DNA of 64,000 bases. It comes from Candidatus Bathyarchaeota archaeon. Its GTDB lineage: Archaea; Thermoproteota; Bathyarchaeia; Bathyarchaeales; Bathycorpusculaceae. Shown here one piece after another: positions 51,400 to 62,286 of the stretch (positions are counted from its first letter, which is position 1; every line of letters starts with the position of its first letter). The notes below the pieces were generated by a model. That model saw nothing but the letters and a program-made list of their open reading frames with translations, ran no database searches and was not told the origin of the DNA. The DNA is taken from contig OY970340.1 of NCBI GenBank assembly GCA_963717465.1, positions 1,088,001-1,152,000 on the forward strand, given 5' to 3'. The translations under genes and the position numbers were made by a program.

Positions 51400-54351
51400 A
51401 TGAGCTCAACCTCAGGACATTTAAGCGAGAATTCATGGAACTCTCGCCTTGCTAATTCTTTGCAAACGAAAGGCTTTCCGACAGCAGATTTTGAAAGAAT
51501 TTTGCCAACATTACGAGGAATAAGAAAACCTGATATACCATTTCAAAGTCCAGATGGTCTTTGTTTTGTTAGTGCTAAAATTGGTGCAAACAAAGAGGTT
51601 GATGCTGTAGCAAGTGCCTATGAATACCTTCAAAGCATAGGTGAAGTAAGCACGGTATCAGAAGCGTTTGCCTTAACTTATCCATCAGCAAACGAAAAAG
51701 AATTTCATCTTAGAGTTCTTGCTAACAATAAACACATGACTTTATCATGGATTTTCTCAAATTTTGAACAAGTAGTTGAAAAAATTTCAGTGGTAGTCAA
51801 AAACGATTGGGAAACCGCCCAAATTGGGAAAGAATCAACTATCACTTCTGCAATTCGTGTACTGAGAAATGGAGTAATCGGTTTATCATCAGCATTTACT
51901 AACACTTCACCTGAAGAATTTGAAGCTCTTTTTGGTGGAAAAGCTTTCTTCGAAAATGTACTTGGCTATGAAACAATAAAGAAAAATCAAGAGACAGATT
52001 TGAAATCGGCAGCAGCCTATCTCTTTGTAAACCAAATACTGTTTTACGAAATATTAAGCAGAGAAGCAGGTTTTGTCCCAATTGCAAAACAAGACCTAAC
52101 AAGACCTGCTTTTCTAAAACCAATATATTTTGATAAAGTTCTAAAGATCGACTACAAACCAATTTTCAATTTTGACATCGCCTCAAAAATTAGCGGAAAT
52201 GAAGCGGGGGATTCATGCAAACAAATTATCCTTGCAATTCGTACATTATTCCCTGCAAGAATAGACCATGATATTATTGGCAAAGTCTTTCATAATGTTA
52301 TTCCGTTGGAGATTCGTAAAGTTGTAGCTGCCTACTTTACAAATAACGCTGCAGGAGATTTACTTGCAAAATTGGCAGTTAAGTCTAAAGATGATAAAGT
52401 TTTTGACCCTGCATGCGGAAGCGGTACACTGCTTGTATCAGCTTATAAAAGAAAACTGGAATTAAGCCATAGCAAAATTACAAAAGAAATTCATGAAAAG
52501 TTCGTTGAACGTGAATTAACAGGAATAGACATAATGCCTTTTTCAGCTCATCTCGCTGCAGTAAATTTGGCTTTGCTGGGGCTACCAAATAATACTGATA
52601 ATCTTAGAATTGCGATTGATGATTCTACAAAACACAAAGTAGGCGATGAGATACCCCCAGCTCGAGAAGTTCTAAAAGATGCGTTTAAGTCAAGTCGAAT
52701 TTCAGATTATTTTCCTGATGTACCGACAGAAACGAGTCCCAATTCCACTACAAAAATGGGTGCGTTAGCACTTCAAGAAAAAGATGCCACGTCAATATTA
52801 CTTGAGAGCGTAGACTTGGTAATAATGAACCCTCCTTTCACAAGCAGTGACAACTTGCGTGGAGAATACAAGAATGAGTTAAGAAGGCGGTTCGCCTCAC
52901 CTTCCACCTATGCTAAATGTCTAACAGGAAAACTGAGTTTTCAAGCATACTTCATATTGTTAGCTGACAAGTTCCTTAAGAAAGATGGACGAATAGCATG
53001 TGTATTGCCTTTCAGCACTTTCGTAGGAAAAGCTTTCCATAAGATAGATGAATTTTTGGTTAGGAACTTTACAATTGAGTGCATAATATTTGGTTTAGGA
53101 CGATCAGCATTTTCAGACAACACTAATCTTTCTGAAGTGTTGTTTGTCGCAAAAAAAGCTAAACCACTTGAAAACAGGTTTGTGGTGATGGCTACAAAAA
53201 CTCCGCCTACCGAATGGTCAGATGAAAACGTGGTTTCAATACAAGAACAGATAGAAGAAAGTCAAAGTATAACTAAGATAAAAGAAACCAAACTTGCCTT
53301 GAGTCTTTCATTTAAACAGTCAGACTTGATTGGAAGAAAAGGCGGTTTGAATCAGCTTTCACTTGAATTTGATAGGCATTTCTCAGAAGCATTATCTTTT
53401 CTTCATGATTCTTACTCAAAAAGTGGCAAAGTCAGACAGTTTCATAATGTCGCAAAATCAGCTAAGTTTGAGCTATTTGCATATGAACTAAGAATTAAAG
53501 GCGGGAAGTACTATGGATTTTCAGCCTTGTCAATTTCTGCATCAGAAAGTAGAATGAAAAAGAACACAGATGTATTATTATATTTAGAGCAAAATGAAAG
53601 AAACATTAAAGCTAAGAACCGTTTTACGAATGAAATATACACGTATCCAAAGGCAGCAGTAGTTAAACAAGTTAGGAGAATTTCTGATATAGACCGCGTG
53701 AACATCTCAGAAGATAATGAATTTGTAGTAAGCAAATATTTTGATGATTTACCAAACATTCTAAAGTCAATTTACTCTGAGGAAAAGGCAAAAGATTTTG
53801 AGTATAAGATAAGACGTGAATGGAGAAAGAAAGTAGCTCATGGAATGTCAAGGTTTATTTTCACAAGGAAAATAGACCTTGCCGCCCGTGGAACATTTCT
53901 GCTCAGTTTGTATTCTGAAGAGCCTCGTTTTCTCTCCGCCGATAGTTGGGGAATTAGAAACATATCCGCTGATGATTCTAAGATACTGACATTATGGTTT
54001 AACAGCACTTTGTTTTTGGCTGAAATAATATCTAAGCGTACACAAACAAGAGGTAGCTGGGGCAGAATTGACGAGCATTACGTTTTTGAAATGAATTGTA
54101 TTGACCCTCTCAGAATAAGCGAGAAACAACGTATAATCCTATTAGAACTATTTGATACAATTGGCGATAAGACGTTTCCTTCATTGATAGAACAACTTAA
54201 AGATGGTTTTGAAACGAGAAGAAAACTTGATGCGGCATTTCTAACTATACTTGAAGTTAATGAAGAAAACCAAAAGAAGTTCCTTGACAGCCTTTATGAA
54301 ACAATGTATAACCGTTTAAGTGCTATGAAAGAAACAATGCAAGGCGATTAA
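51400..54351 (+). CDS. N6-adenine DNA methyltransferase, probably a fused type IIG restriction-modification enzyme
   Basis: Motif I FDPACGSG before motif IV MNPPF (gamma order); N-terminal PD...S.K putative nuclease segment; C-terminal TRD-like region. Confidence 0.8.
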   Translation: MSSTSGHLSENSWNSRLANSLQTKGFPTADFERILPTLRGIRKPDIPFQSPDGLCFVSAKIGANKEVDAVASAYEYLQSIGEVSTVSEAFALTYPSANEKEFHLRVLANNKHMTLSWIFSNFEQVVEKISVVVKNDWETAQIGKESTITSAIRVLRNGVIGLSSAFTNTSPEEFEALFGGKAFFENVLGYETIKKNQETDLKSAAAYLFVNQILFYEILSREAGFVPIAKQDLTRPAFLKPIYFDKVLKIDYKPIFNFDIASKISGNEAGDSCKQIILAIRTLFPARIDHDIIGKVFHNVIPLEIRKVVAAYFTNNAAGDLLAKLAVKSKDDKVFDPACGSGTLLVSAYKRKLELSHSKITKEIHEKFVERELTGIDIMPFSAHLAAVNLALLGLPNNTDNLRIAIDDSTKHKVGDEIPPAREVLKDAFKSSRISDYFPDVPTETSPNSTTKMGALALQEKDATSILLESVDLVIMNPPFTSSDNLRGEYKNELRRRFASPSTYAKCLTGKLSFQAYFILLADKFLKKDGRIACVLPFSTFVGKAFHKIDEFLVRNFTIECIIFGLGRSAFSDNTNLSEVLFVAKKAKPLENRFVVMATKTPPTEWSDENVVSIQEQIEESQSITKIKETKLALSLSFKQSDLIGRKGGLNQLSLEFDRHFSEALSFLHDSYSKSGKVRQFHNVAKSAKFELFAYELRIKGGKYYGFSALSISASESRMKKNTDVLLYLEQNERNIKAKNRFTNEIYTYPKAAVVKQVRRISDIDRVNISEDNEFVVSKYFDDLPNILKSIYSEEKAKDFEYKIRREWRKKVAHGMSRFIFTRKIDLAARGTFLLSLYSEEPRFLSADSWGIRNISADDSKILTLWFNSTLFLAEIISKRTQTRGSWGRIDEHYVFEMNCIDPLRISEKQRIILLELFDTIGDKTFPSLIEQLKDGFETRRKLDAAFLTILEVNEENQKKFLDSLYETMYNRLSAMKETMQGD

Positions 54352-54383
54352 CGTTTCTTCCTTCATATCTCGGGATTTTGCAG

Positions 54384-54563
54384 CTAATTGAGCGTAGAAA
54401 TTCTTGGATTCCAGTCCTTGCGTTCACTTCTCAGATACTTAGCAAACAGATAAGCCTCTTCACTAATCAATGTATCAATAGTTTGTCTAATGCCAACCTT
54501 GATTCTTTCAACGTTAACTGTGCGGTCAAAGAATGCGTTTAAGTCTTCAGCTAAACTGTCAGT
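54384..54563 (-). pseudogene. cas1: C-terminal remnant of a Cas1-solo-like gene
   Basis: Translates TDSLAEDLNAFFDRTVNVERIKVGIRQTIDTLISEEAYLFAKYLRSERKDWNPRISTLN*; no start, upstream in-frame TAA; family assignment is from recall of archaeal Cas1-solo C-termini. Confidence 0.55.
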
Positions 54564-54590
54564 TTATGCCTCCTCTTAACGTAGCAAGAG

Positions 54591-54645
54591 CACTCGCTGC
54601 CTGATCTTTGTGCTTCGTTTTACCTAAAACCCTTTCTCTAGAGAA
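54591..54645 (+). repeat. Direct repeat containing TTCTCTAGAGAA palindrome, copy 1
   Basis: CACTCGCTG...TTTTACCTAAAACC..TTCTCTAGAGAAA also at 55128..55181. Confidence 0.7.
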
Positions 54646-54885
54646 ACTTTACCTCGCGGGCGATTTAAAGAACGACACGTAACGATCATTTTTCGTTACA
54701 TAGTGTTTTAGTCTTTTACTAGATTTAATACTAACCATTTCCAGTTTCTCTTAAACCCGATAATCTTTTTTCCTTAATTTTTTCTGGATTAGCTCGAGCG
54801 AAAGTATTTCTTAGGACGCACAAATTGTTATACTGAATTCGCATCATCTATTGAAATCGAAACAGATAGACTGGGATTGTAAGAG

Positions 54886-55086
54886 TTGTTGTCAAGAGAT
54901 TGTGATGGTTGCTCACAGCACAAGGCGTGTAGTCGGCGCTACAGAAAAGTGCAGAGTGGCGAAAAAGTCTACTGCCCAGACGGATCAGTGCATCTAGTGG
55001 ATAACGCGTCTGAAATCCAAACAATTGAATTGCAAATTGCAGATTTATTAGAAAAGTATCCGCAAGCGCGTTTTAAAGTGCCATGA
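54886..55086 (+). CDS. Small Cys-rich hypothetical protein
   Basis: CDGC....C...G.KVYCPDG..HL; lies between direct repeats. Confidence 0.5.
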   Translation: MLSRDCDGCSQHKACSRRYRKVQSGEKVYCPDGSVHLVDNASEIQTIELQIADLLEKYPQARFKVP

Positions 55087-55127
55087 CGCGTTATTCTTCT
55101 TAGTGGGTGCTCTCTTACTGTTGCAAA

Positions 55128-55181
55128 CACTCGCTGTGTGAGTTATGCCCAGTTTTACCTAAAACCTCTTCTCTAGAGAAA
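55128..55181 (+). repeat. Direct repeat containing TTCTCTAGAGAA palindrome, copy 2
   Basis: Matches 54591..54645. Confidence 0.7.
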
Positions 55182-55630
55182 ATTCCTTTGTTTGCTTCCT
55201 CCGTAGCGAGCACACACAGTTTTAAGCGTAGTGAATGGACGGAAATATGCTAGCGGAAGACTATTCGATATGTTAAAAAATCGGACAATGGTTCATTGTT
55301 TTTTCTGATTCCGAGCCTAGATTTCTATTGGCATTTTAAAAAAAACAAAGGAATTGCCTTGATTTTTTGATTCTGTTTGTTTTTCAAAGACTTCGGAACA
55401 AAGTTGCTCGAAGCTCTACAAGCTACATTGTTCCGATTGCACGGGTATATGCCTTATATCTGCTGCTGCATCTTGTCTATGACCGGGATGCAACACTAGT
55501 TTTAACCTTTTTCCGGACGTACGGGAAAATCTGACCTGTGTGCACCCATTCCCCTATGTCCTTCTGTCCTCCCTTCCTGTGCCTCTATCTCTGTTTGTTC
55601 ATATGTGCGTCATAGTTTCGACTCGGACGG

Positions 55631-55656
55631 CGAGAGAGAGGATTAAATTTTAATCC
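55631..55656 (-). repeat. GGATTAAATTTTAATCC site plus CT tract, inverted copy
   Basis: Reverse complement GGATTAAAATTTAATCCTCTCTCTC matches the 51066 copy. Confidence 0.6.
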
Positions 55657-55703
55657 TACGTGTATTAATTTTTTGTCCGAAAAAGTTTAACACACCTCTT
55701 GTA

Positions 55704-56096
55704 TCAATTCTTTAAAATGCTATTTTCATCAATAATCGCGATTGATATTCTCTTTCCTTTCTCTCTTCTAGCGTAATCGAATGCGAAATTCATCAGCTCT
55801 TTTCCGTGACCTTTGTGTCTATGTTCAGGGAGAACGGCTAATCTCTCCATATAGTAAAGTGCATCACTTGCTTTTTCTATGGCCACAAAACCAATTTGCT
55901 TGTTATTTTGAAAAAGCCCAAAAAGCTTTACTCCTTTTTCTTTTGATGCTTTTAGTTTCTCAAAAGTGATAAAAGCGGGATTCGTAGAGCAATTTTCTTC
56001 GTTGATATTGAACTCTTTTGCTACTGTGATAAAGGAGCCTTTTATAACCTTTATACTATCTTCCATTTCACTGTCATTGGTGATTTCTTTAATCAT
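55704..56096 (-). pseudogene. GNAT acetyltransferase, C-terminally truncated
   Basis: ERLAVLPEHRHKGHG; ends LKN-TGA-YKR where LKNWY..GF is expected, then similarity is lost. Confidence 0.7.
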
Positions 56097-56260
56097 GTTT
56101 ATTTCGTCCGTGATATCTAAAACTTAAATGCAAATCAACGGATACAGTTGCGGAACCTTCGTTCATTTCAAATGTATTTATTCAATCGAAAAAAGGATGT
56201 ATATAAAACTCGTCATTACGTAGTGAAAACACTGTCGAAGCGCGCCGTGCAAGACAGGAG

Positions 56261-57329
56261 TCAACTTCCTGATCGGAACAGGACAATCTCATGTAGAGCT
56301 GTTCCATTTTCCTTGTTGGTAATCCCGTTGCGAGTCACATCTATCTCGAAATTCGATTCGAGCCTGAAATATCCCGGATGTAGACGCAACAAGTGTCTTG
56401 CTATGAACCTGAGCGGCATACTGAAGTTTTCGAGCATATCCTGGCTCTCAAGAATCTTTCTCACATCGAGGCTCATCTCAAGCTCGCTCGGGACCGAGAT
56501 TGTTATCCTCCTAGGATAGCTGTGCTTAGCCCTTGGGTTATACTCATAGTTCTCCTTTCCGAATTCGAACTCCCCTGTGCTGAGCACCACATCTCTCCCG
56601 TCGGCCATCATTAAGACCTTAACCGCATGGTTGCCCACCTTGCCATTGCACTGAATGAAAGCATAGGACACGGTGTAATGCTGCGAATAGATCCGTCCCC
56701 ACATCCAATAGTCGATGATGCTCTGGAAGGGGAAATCTAACCAGTTGTGATCGTGATAACCAACGCCCTTGACCTGAAAAACACGATCCCCATCGGCGAT
56801 TGTTCCTTCAACTGAAGCTCTTGCAAAGGGGACCACCCAGGCAAAAGTGCCCATCTTCCCGAACTGAGAAACACCAGTTCCAGGTTTCCAACCGTTCACC
56901 TCGGCCTTGAAAGTCAGATGGCAACCTATGTCCTGTTCCTTCACATGAACCTCGTAGATGGGCAGCTCCCCCTGTGATTGCTTGGCTTTCAGATAATTCT
57001 CTCCAATCTTGACATCTGCCCCTGCACTGGAGGCGGCAAAGTCCGATTTACTGCATGGCACGAACCTTTGGGTCTTCCTGCCATCCGGTCTTAGGAGAAC
57101 GATCTCGACGCCGGGCTTTCCTCCTGCCCCTGGATTGGGGTTCGCTGCGTAGAAGAATACTACGATAGTTTCGCCAGTTTCCATATGCGCGTCGAAGTAC
57201 CACCACTCATACATTCCCTTTCCTATGCATGTCTATGTGGATGCCGTCTTCTTCAGGTGCGAGCGGTCTTACGACTGCATCACGTCTGCCAGGTCCGGTC
57301 CACCCTTCTTTGACCAAAGGTCCACTCAT
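56261..57329 (-). CDS. AttH/lipocalin-like (hydroxyneurosporene synthase-like) protein; one-base frameshift near 57216
   Basis: EWWYFD, GYHDHNW, W.WGR; upstream frame from ATG 57329 (...PEEDG.H) joins after removing one G. Confidence 0.7.
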
Positions 57330-57330
57330 G

Positions 57331-59039
57331 CTATCGACCCTCCTCAGGTTCAGAATAGAAGAAGGGATCCGACGCGGTGTTTGGATCCAACGCCTTCTTT
57401 ATCTTGCTCATGTACTTGGGATAGTCTCGGCAAGCTGGGCCGAAACGCTTGTTCATTTCACAACCGAACCCAGCGATCGGGATCCCCATGGCCTCCTCGA
57501 CTGCCGCTTTGCATCCATCCTCGATGATCTCCCCGGAAGCCCTTACCGCCTCGGGATTTCCAGAAGCGTACATGAAGATGCCTTCAATATATCCAAGGTG
57601 AGAGTTCTCGAAGGTGCCTCCGCATCCCAAGTCACCGCCATCGTCAAGGAAAGTCCCCTTTTCGATATACTTCTTCTTCGCCAAGCTATCCATTCCCCTT
57701 GCTTGATACCCAGATCCCAAGTATCGAACGAGCCCAACATCGTCGACATCCCTTGGGAGGGACGAAAGGTCGCTTGCGTGTTGACCGCATTTCTGATCAT
57801 CAGCCAGAATAACCGGGATTCTATCTGCAACTTCTGACGCCTTCCTACCGGAATGCTGTGAATTAGGTCCTGCAGGCGAGGGAGGCGACGAAGGACAGTA
57901 AACGGGTCCCCGACGTGTTTCAGTATGGGCTTCATGATTCGGAACATTCGAGGGGTCATCTTGATGTTCATGGGCACCTTCACCCCGCCCGTCTCCCTCA
58001 TGATCTGCTTCATCGCGGCCGTTTTCCACTTGAATTCGCCATCCGAGTAGCCAATGACTGCATTGACCAGCACGTGGTGCATCGCTTTGTCAAAGAAACC
58101 GCTTTCCATAGCAACCTTAAGCTCTTCATTGTTCTCGGTCATTCCCAGAGCTGAGAGGAACAGTGGCGTACGGAAGCAGGCGTATTCTATCTCAGCCTCG
58201 CCGAGCTTGTAGCCAGCATCTGCCATGGCCTCCGCATTTGGGAATGCATGCACGTTCAGCGACATTCTTTCAGGTAATTCATCAAGAATGTAGACGGGCG
58301 ATTTTCCGTGGAGCTTCCATTGCGCGGGTCCATTCCACTTGTAGAGTTTCACCGCGCACTTTGTGAACACGCCGAGCCCTCCGAAAGTCCCCTGAAAGCC
58401 ACGCATGATGCCGCGCAGCGAGGGGCCAGGACCGTCGGCTGTGAACCAGCCTGTGCCGACGCCTCCGCTGCCAAGGGTCAGGACCTCGCCGGTGGGCAGC
58501 ACCCATTCCACACCGAGCAGATTACGACCGCTGTAACTGGTCGCAGGTCCGCTCATGCCGTATCCCCAGGCGGCCGCAGTGGACGCCAGAATGGAATGAT
58601 TGGAACCTGCGGAGACCGTGTGAACCGTCAGCCCCAGCTTGAAGATCTCCGTCTGCAGGTCGATTGCACGGACGTAGGGTTCCACAATCGCGATTTGGTT
58701 CTTAGCATCGATATCAATGATTCTGTTCATACGCTTGAGATCGAGGATTATCACCCGGTCCCTTGAGGCAGCGCATACTGCGTGGAACCCTGTCGAAAGC
58801 GGCTTTGCCATGAGGTGGTTCTTGTTGCAGAACCGCATGATCCCTTGGATTTCTTGTGTGCTCTTGGGTAGCGCAACGGCGACTGGACGAGGGAGCCATT
58901 TCGACCCGTCCTTCACGACGGTCTCTGGATTCATATAGAACGAGTACGTGTCCAGCATGCAGGGGGAGGTCGATACCCACTCCCGACCGACGATGCCCTG
59001 AAGTTCTTTAGTCTCTTCCTCGGTGATCGAAGACAGCAC
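57331..59039 (-). CDS. FAD-binding oxidoreductase (VAO/GlcD family); frameshift near 57685
   Basis: P.AVALP, LDLKRMN, VEP, LLGVEWVLPTG, GGLGVFTK; C-terminus KIKKALDPN lies in another frame. Confidence 0.78.
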
Positions 59040-59074
59040 CTTCCTAGTAGTTCGAATCTGCGTAGTTGATCATC

Positions 59075-60550
59075 TCATAGCCCCCACTTGCCTCGGTTCA
59101 ACACCCTGTTAGGATCGAATATTTCCTTCATCTTCTTTAGCACCTCATAGCTTAGCGGATTTTGACCGAACACCACGTCGCCGGCTGATCCGTATGGCCT
59201 GCTGAAGAATGCCCCCTTCCGAGCTAGTTTGGTCACCGCTTCCTTCTCGAGCCCGCGCATCAGCTCAACGTCGTTTGGCTTTGCGGGGTCGAAAGGGCAC
59301 ATGAGTTCCACGTGGCAGGCATGATTCTGAATGATGGGTTGTATGTATACTCCAACTGACTCCTTAAAGGCGTTTGCGCCCGCTAGGTCGATGAAGATAT
59401 CTACGAGTTCAGGCGCTCTATCGAGGGTCGTCAGGAAGAACAGGGAAAGGCAATGGCCTTTCAGTCGGTAACGCCAGTCAGTTTCGCCGCACGGACGCGT
59501 AGCCATATCCAGCAGAACCTCTGCTTGAATACTTCCCTGAGATGTCGTCATGATGAACTTGTTCTCATTGGCGATGGATTCTATGTCCCTACACTGGTAG
59601 TCGACCCTTGACTTGGGCATCCTTTCAAATCCCGCGACGTTCACCAGGCAGACATGACTGGGAAGTGAGTTTCGTATCGATTCGAATTGTCCTCCGCCCT
59701 GCGCGCTTACGAGCATAGCCGCTGCGGTGCGGTTAAGAACAAAGGAATGCTCCCCCAACCATTGCCTTTGCACGTCGTAGATGAAGGGGATCAACGCCTG
59801 GAGGGAATCGGCACCGAGGAGGAAAGGATGCTCAAGGGTCGGTTTAAGCTCCGTGCGCATCGTAATCCATGTCACTACGCCCATGGTGCCTTGGGAACCT
59901 TGGATAACACGGTGAAAGTCCGTTTGGGATGGGCCTTGAGAGGATTTCTGGGCACCACCCATAGCACGCTGCTGCTCGAGAGTCCCGGGACCTCCTGCCG
60001 CGCCAGTGCGGAAAATCTCTCCGTTTCCGAAAATGAACTCCGTGCTGCCTACTGGGTCGCTGATGTCCCATTGTCTATTTGGCCATGTGGTGGGTTCTCT
60101 GTCCATCACTGATGCGACGACGCTCTTGCTGGTACGAGGTGCGAGGGGCATTGGGATGGTCATTCCATGGGGCTCAAGGGCTTTTAGCAATTCTCCGTAG
60201 GTTACGCCTGGCTCAATCTGGCAGACACGGTTTCGCCTGCTGATCCAAGGGATCTGCTTCCAATTGGACAGGTCTATCAAGATGTTTTCTTCCTTTGCCG
60301 CGAAGCCGCCCTTGCCATGGGCGCCCGTTGATGAGGACACTGTTAGATTTAGGCCGATTTGGTTGGCAAGCCGCATTAAACCCTGCAATTCGTCTACTGT
60401 GGAAGGGCGGAGCACATGGGAAGGCTTCACTGTCGAGTCTATGATAGGATTCGATTGGCTAAAAGCGCCGATGTCCGCGGGGTCACTGCTGACGGTTCCC
60501 TGATGCATAACCAAGCGCAGTCGCTCTTCAAGTTCAATACTTGCGATCAC
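59075..60550 (-). CDS. FAD-binding oxidoreductase (VAO/GlcD family)
   Basis: IEPGVT, FRTG, GSQGTMG.VT, K..FDPN.VLN.G. Confidence 0.88.
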   Translation of the reverse strand: MIASIELEERLRLVMHQGTVSSDPADIGAFSQSNPIIDSTVKPSHVLRPSTVDELQGLMRLANQIGLNLTVSSSTGAHGKGGFAAKEENILIDLSNWKQIPWISRRNRVCQIEPGVTYGELLKALEPHGMTIPMPLAPRTSKSVVASVMDREPTTWPNRQWDISDPVGSTEFIFGNGEIFRTGAAGGPGTLEQQRAMGGAQKSSQGPSQTDFHRVIQGSQGTMGVVTWITMRTELKPTLEHPFLLGADSLQALIPFIYDVQRQWLGEHSFVLNRTAAAMLVSAQGGGQFESIRNSLPSHVCLVNVAGFERMPKSRVDYQCRDIESIANENKFIMTTSQGSIQAEVLLDMATRPCGETDWRYRLKGHCLSLFFLTTLDRAPELVDIFIDLAGANAFKESVGVYIQPIIQNHACHVELMCPFDPAKPNDVELMRGLEKEAVTKLARKGAFFSRPYGSAGDVVFGQNPLSYEVLKKMKEIFDPNRVLNRGKWGL

Positions 60551-61867
60551 ATTCGCTCACCTCGATCAGTTTCCGCGGCCTCGTAAACAAGATCGACAAT
60601 GTCGACAACTGGAAGTAGTGGTTTTTCTAAGGATTGTTGGCTCTTGGACAGGTTTCGCTCTGCAGTGATGACACGCTGTAACCAGACACTCAGCTCCCAC
60701 ATCCACTGCTTCTTCTAGTCGGTCAAGAGCTGTTGAGCGCGCTAGGTCCGGATATGCCGATGGGACCCCGCCGCCTCCTCCGCAACAATACGAGTACTCA
60801 CGGATGCGATGCATCTCGATGAAATCGATTCCTTTGATCGCACGCAGAATCTGACGCGGTGGTTCATAGACGCCATTCACTCCTCGGTTGATTTCTTTGG
60901 GAGGTTCGGTGTAGGTCATGCAACCCCGGGTGACTTTCTGCTCACCCTTCCATCTGAGAGGCGGTTCGCTCTGACGCCCAAGGTAACATGGATCATGATA
61001 GGTTACTTTTCGTCTGATGGGGTTACGCAAGCGCAGGCGATTATCAGCTATCAATTGCGCTAAGAATTCAGTAATGTGCAGGACCTTGGCCTTTGGCGCC
61101 CTCGCGTATTCAGGATACTTGGAACGTAGGGCTCCTAGGCACGACCCAGAAAGAACAATAACCGTCTTGATTTCCATATTGTCGAGCATGTCCACCAGAT
61201 GGTTTGCTATGTTTGCAAAAACATCCCTGTGTCCTGTCCAGTAAGCCGGCAGCCCGCAGCATGTTTCATTCTCTCGCAGGATTCCGAAGTCCACTCTCGC
61301 TTGCTTCAGCAAGATAGCGCATTTTCGGGCCACTTCTGTGGCTCCTGGGTCACATTGCATGCAGCCCGTAAACAGGAGAATCGGCGCCTTTTGATCTGGT
61401 AATATCTTCAATCCCAGATCTTTTACCCAACTTAGATCTCGATTCCCTGATTTTCCCTCTGGATTTCCATATTCTTGGAGATTCTTTATCATGGACCGAT
61501 GGGCAGGCAAAGCAAATCCTTTGTCCACAATGTGCTCTCTGAGCGCCATGTTTATCGCGTGGCGTTCCGCGTCCATGATGAATTTGCAGGAAACGTCACA
61601 GAGTCCGCATGTAGTGCAGGCGAATGTGATATCAGCAAGCGCTTGATCAACCTGAATGCGACCATTGACCAACGAGAGTGCCATGATGCTCTTGCCTGAA
61701 CCAGAGTACCCATGGAAATGGTACAGGTGGCTGGCCGGGCAACCATCAGCATATTTCGGGTTCGTTACCGTTGGTAGTGGCACCATCTTGCAGAGAGAGC
61801 ATCTGAAGCACTTCTGCATCTCTGGTTCCAGATCTCTAAGTCTAGGCAAGGACATTACATTGAACAC
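60547..61867 (-). CDS. (Fe-S)-binding CCG-domain oxidoreductase (HdrD/GlpC-like); one-base frameshift near 60654
   Basis: CFRCSLC, CTTCGLC...C, CCG, YHDPCYLGR, CCGGGGG, TACHHC; corrected tail ...PVVDIVDLVYEA ends in TGA overlapping the next GTG. Confidence 0.85.
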
Positions 61868-61997
61868 TCCTCAATTAATGAGCGACTGACGCCTAAAAGG
61901 ATATTGCGTGCTGGCTTGTCCCGAAATTATAGGTTTATTTTGGAGTTCAAGCAAGGTAAGTTTGAAATGTCGCAAGTACATTCTATTGTGTCTATAA

Positions 61998-62246
61998 GTG
62001 GCGGAAGAAATGACAAAAGCCAAGTTTGAAATACGTGAGACTGAAAAACATACAATTATTGTTAATGCGAGCGCGCTTCTAAAATACATCAAGATAGGAG
62101 TGGATGGCGAAAAAGTCGTTAATGAAGCAAACTTTCAGCCATTGCCAAAGAAGTTCCAGTTGGATGTGGGAAATTCCGAAAAGATCATTTGGAAATCAGT
62201 GCTGGACCGTTCTCGCCTATCAAACTATTCGTGGACGAAAAAGTAG
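61998..62246 (+). CDS. Hypothetical protein
   Basis: 82-aa ORF with plausible composition only. Confidence 0.35.
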   Translation: MAEEMTKAKFEIRETEKHTIIVNASALLKYIKIGVDGEKVVNEANFQPLPKKFQLDVGNSEKIIWKSVLDRSRLSNYSWTKK

Positions 62247-62286
62247 CTCAAAAAAACTGAAACTGCATCGCTAGCGCGGACTAAAA

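Noticed and set aside
55704..55706. TGA in the GNAT gene as a recoded codon
   Set aside because: It falls at an expected Trp and similarity stops three codons later, so the gene is a truncated pseudogene.
57225..57837. Long + strand ORFs and other antisense ORFs in the track (e.g. 6603..7253, 38332..38850)
   Set aside because: They are shadows of well-supported genes on the opposite strand.
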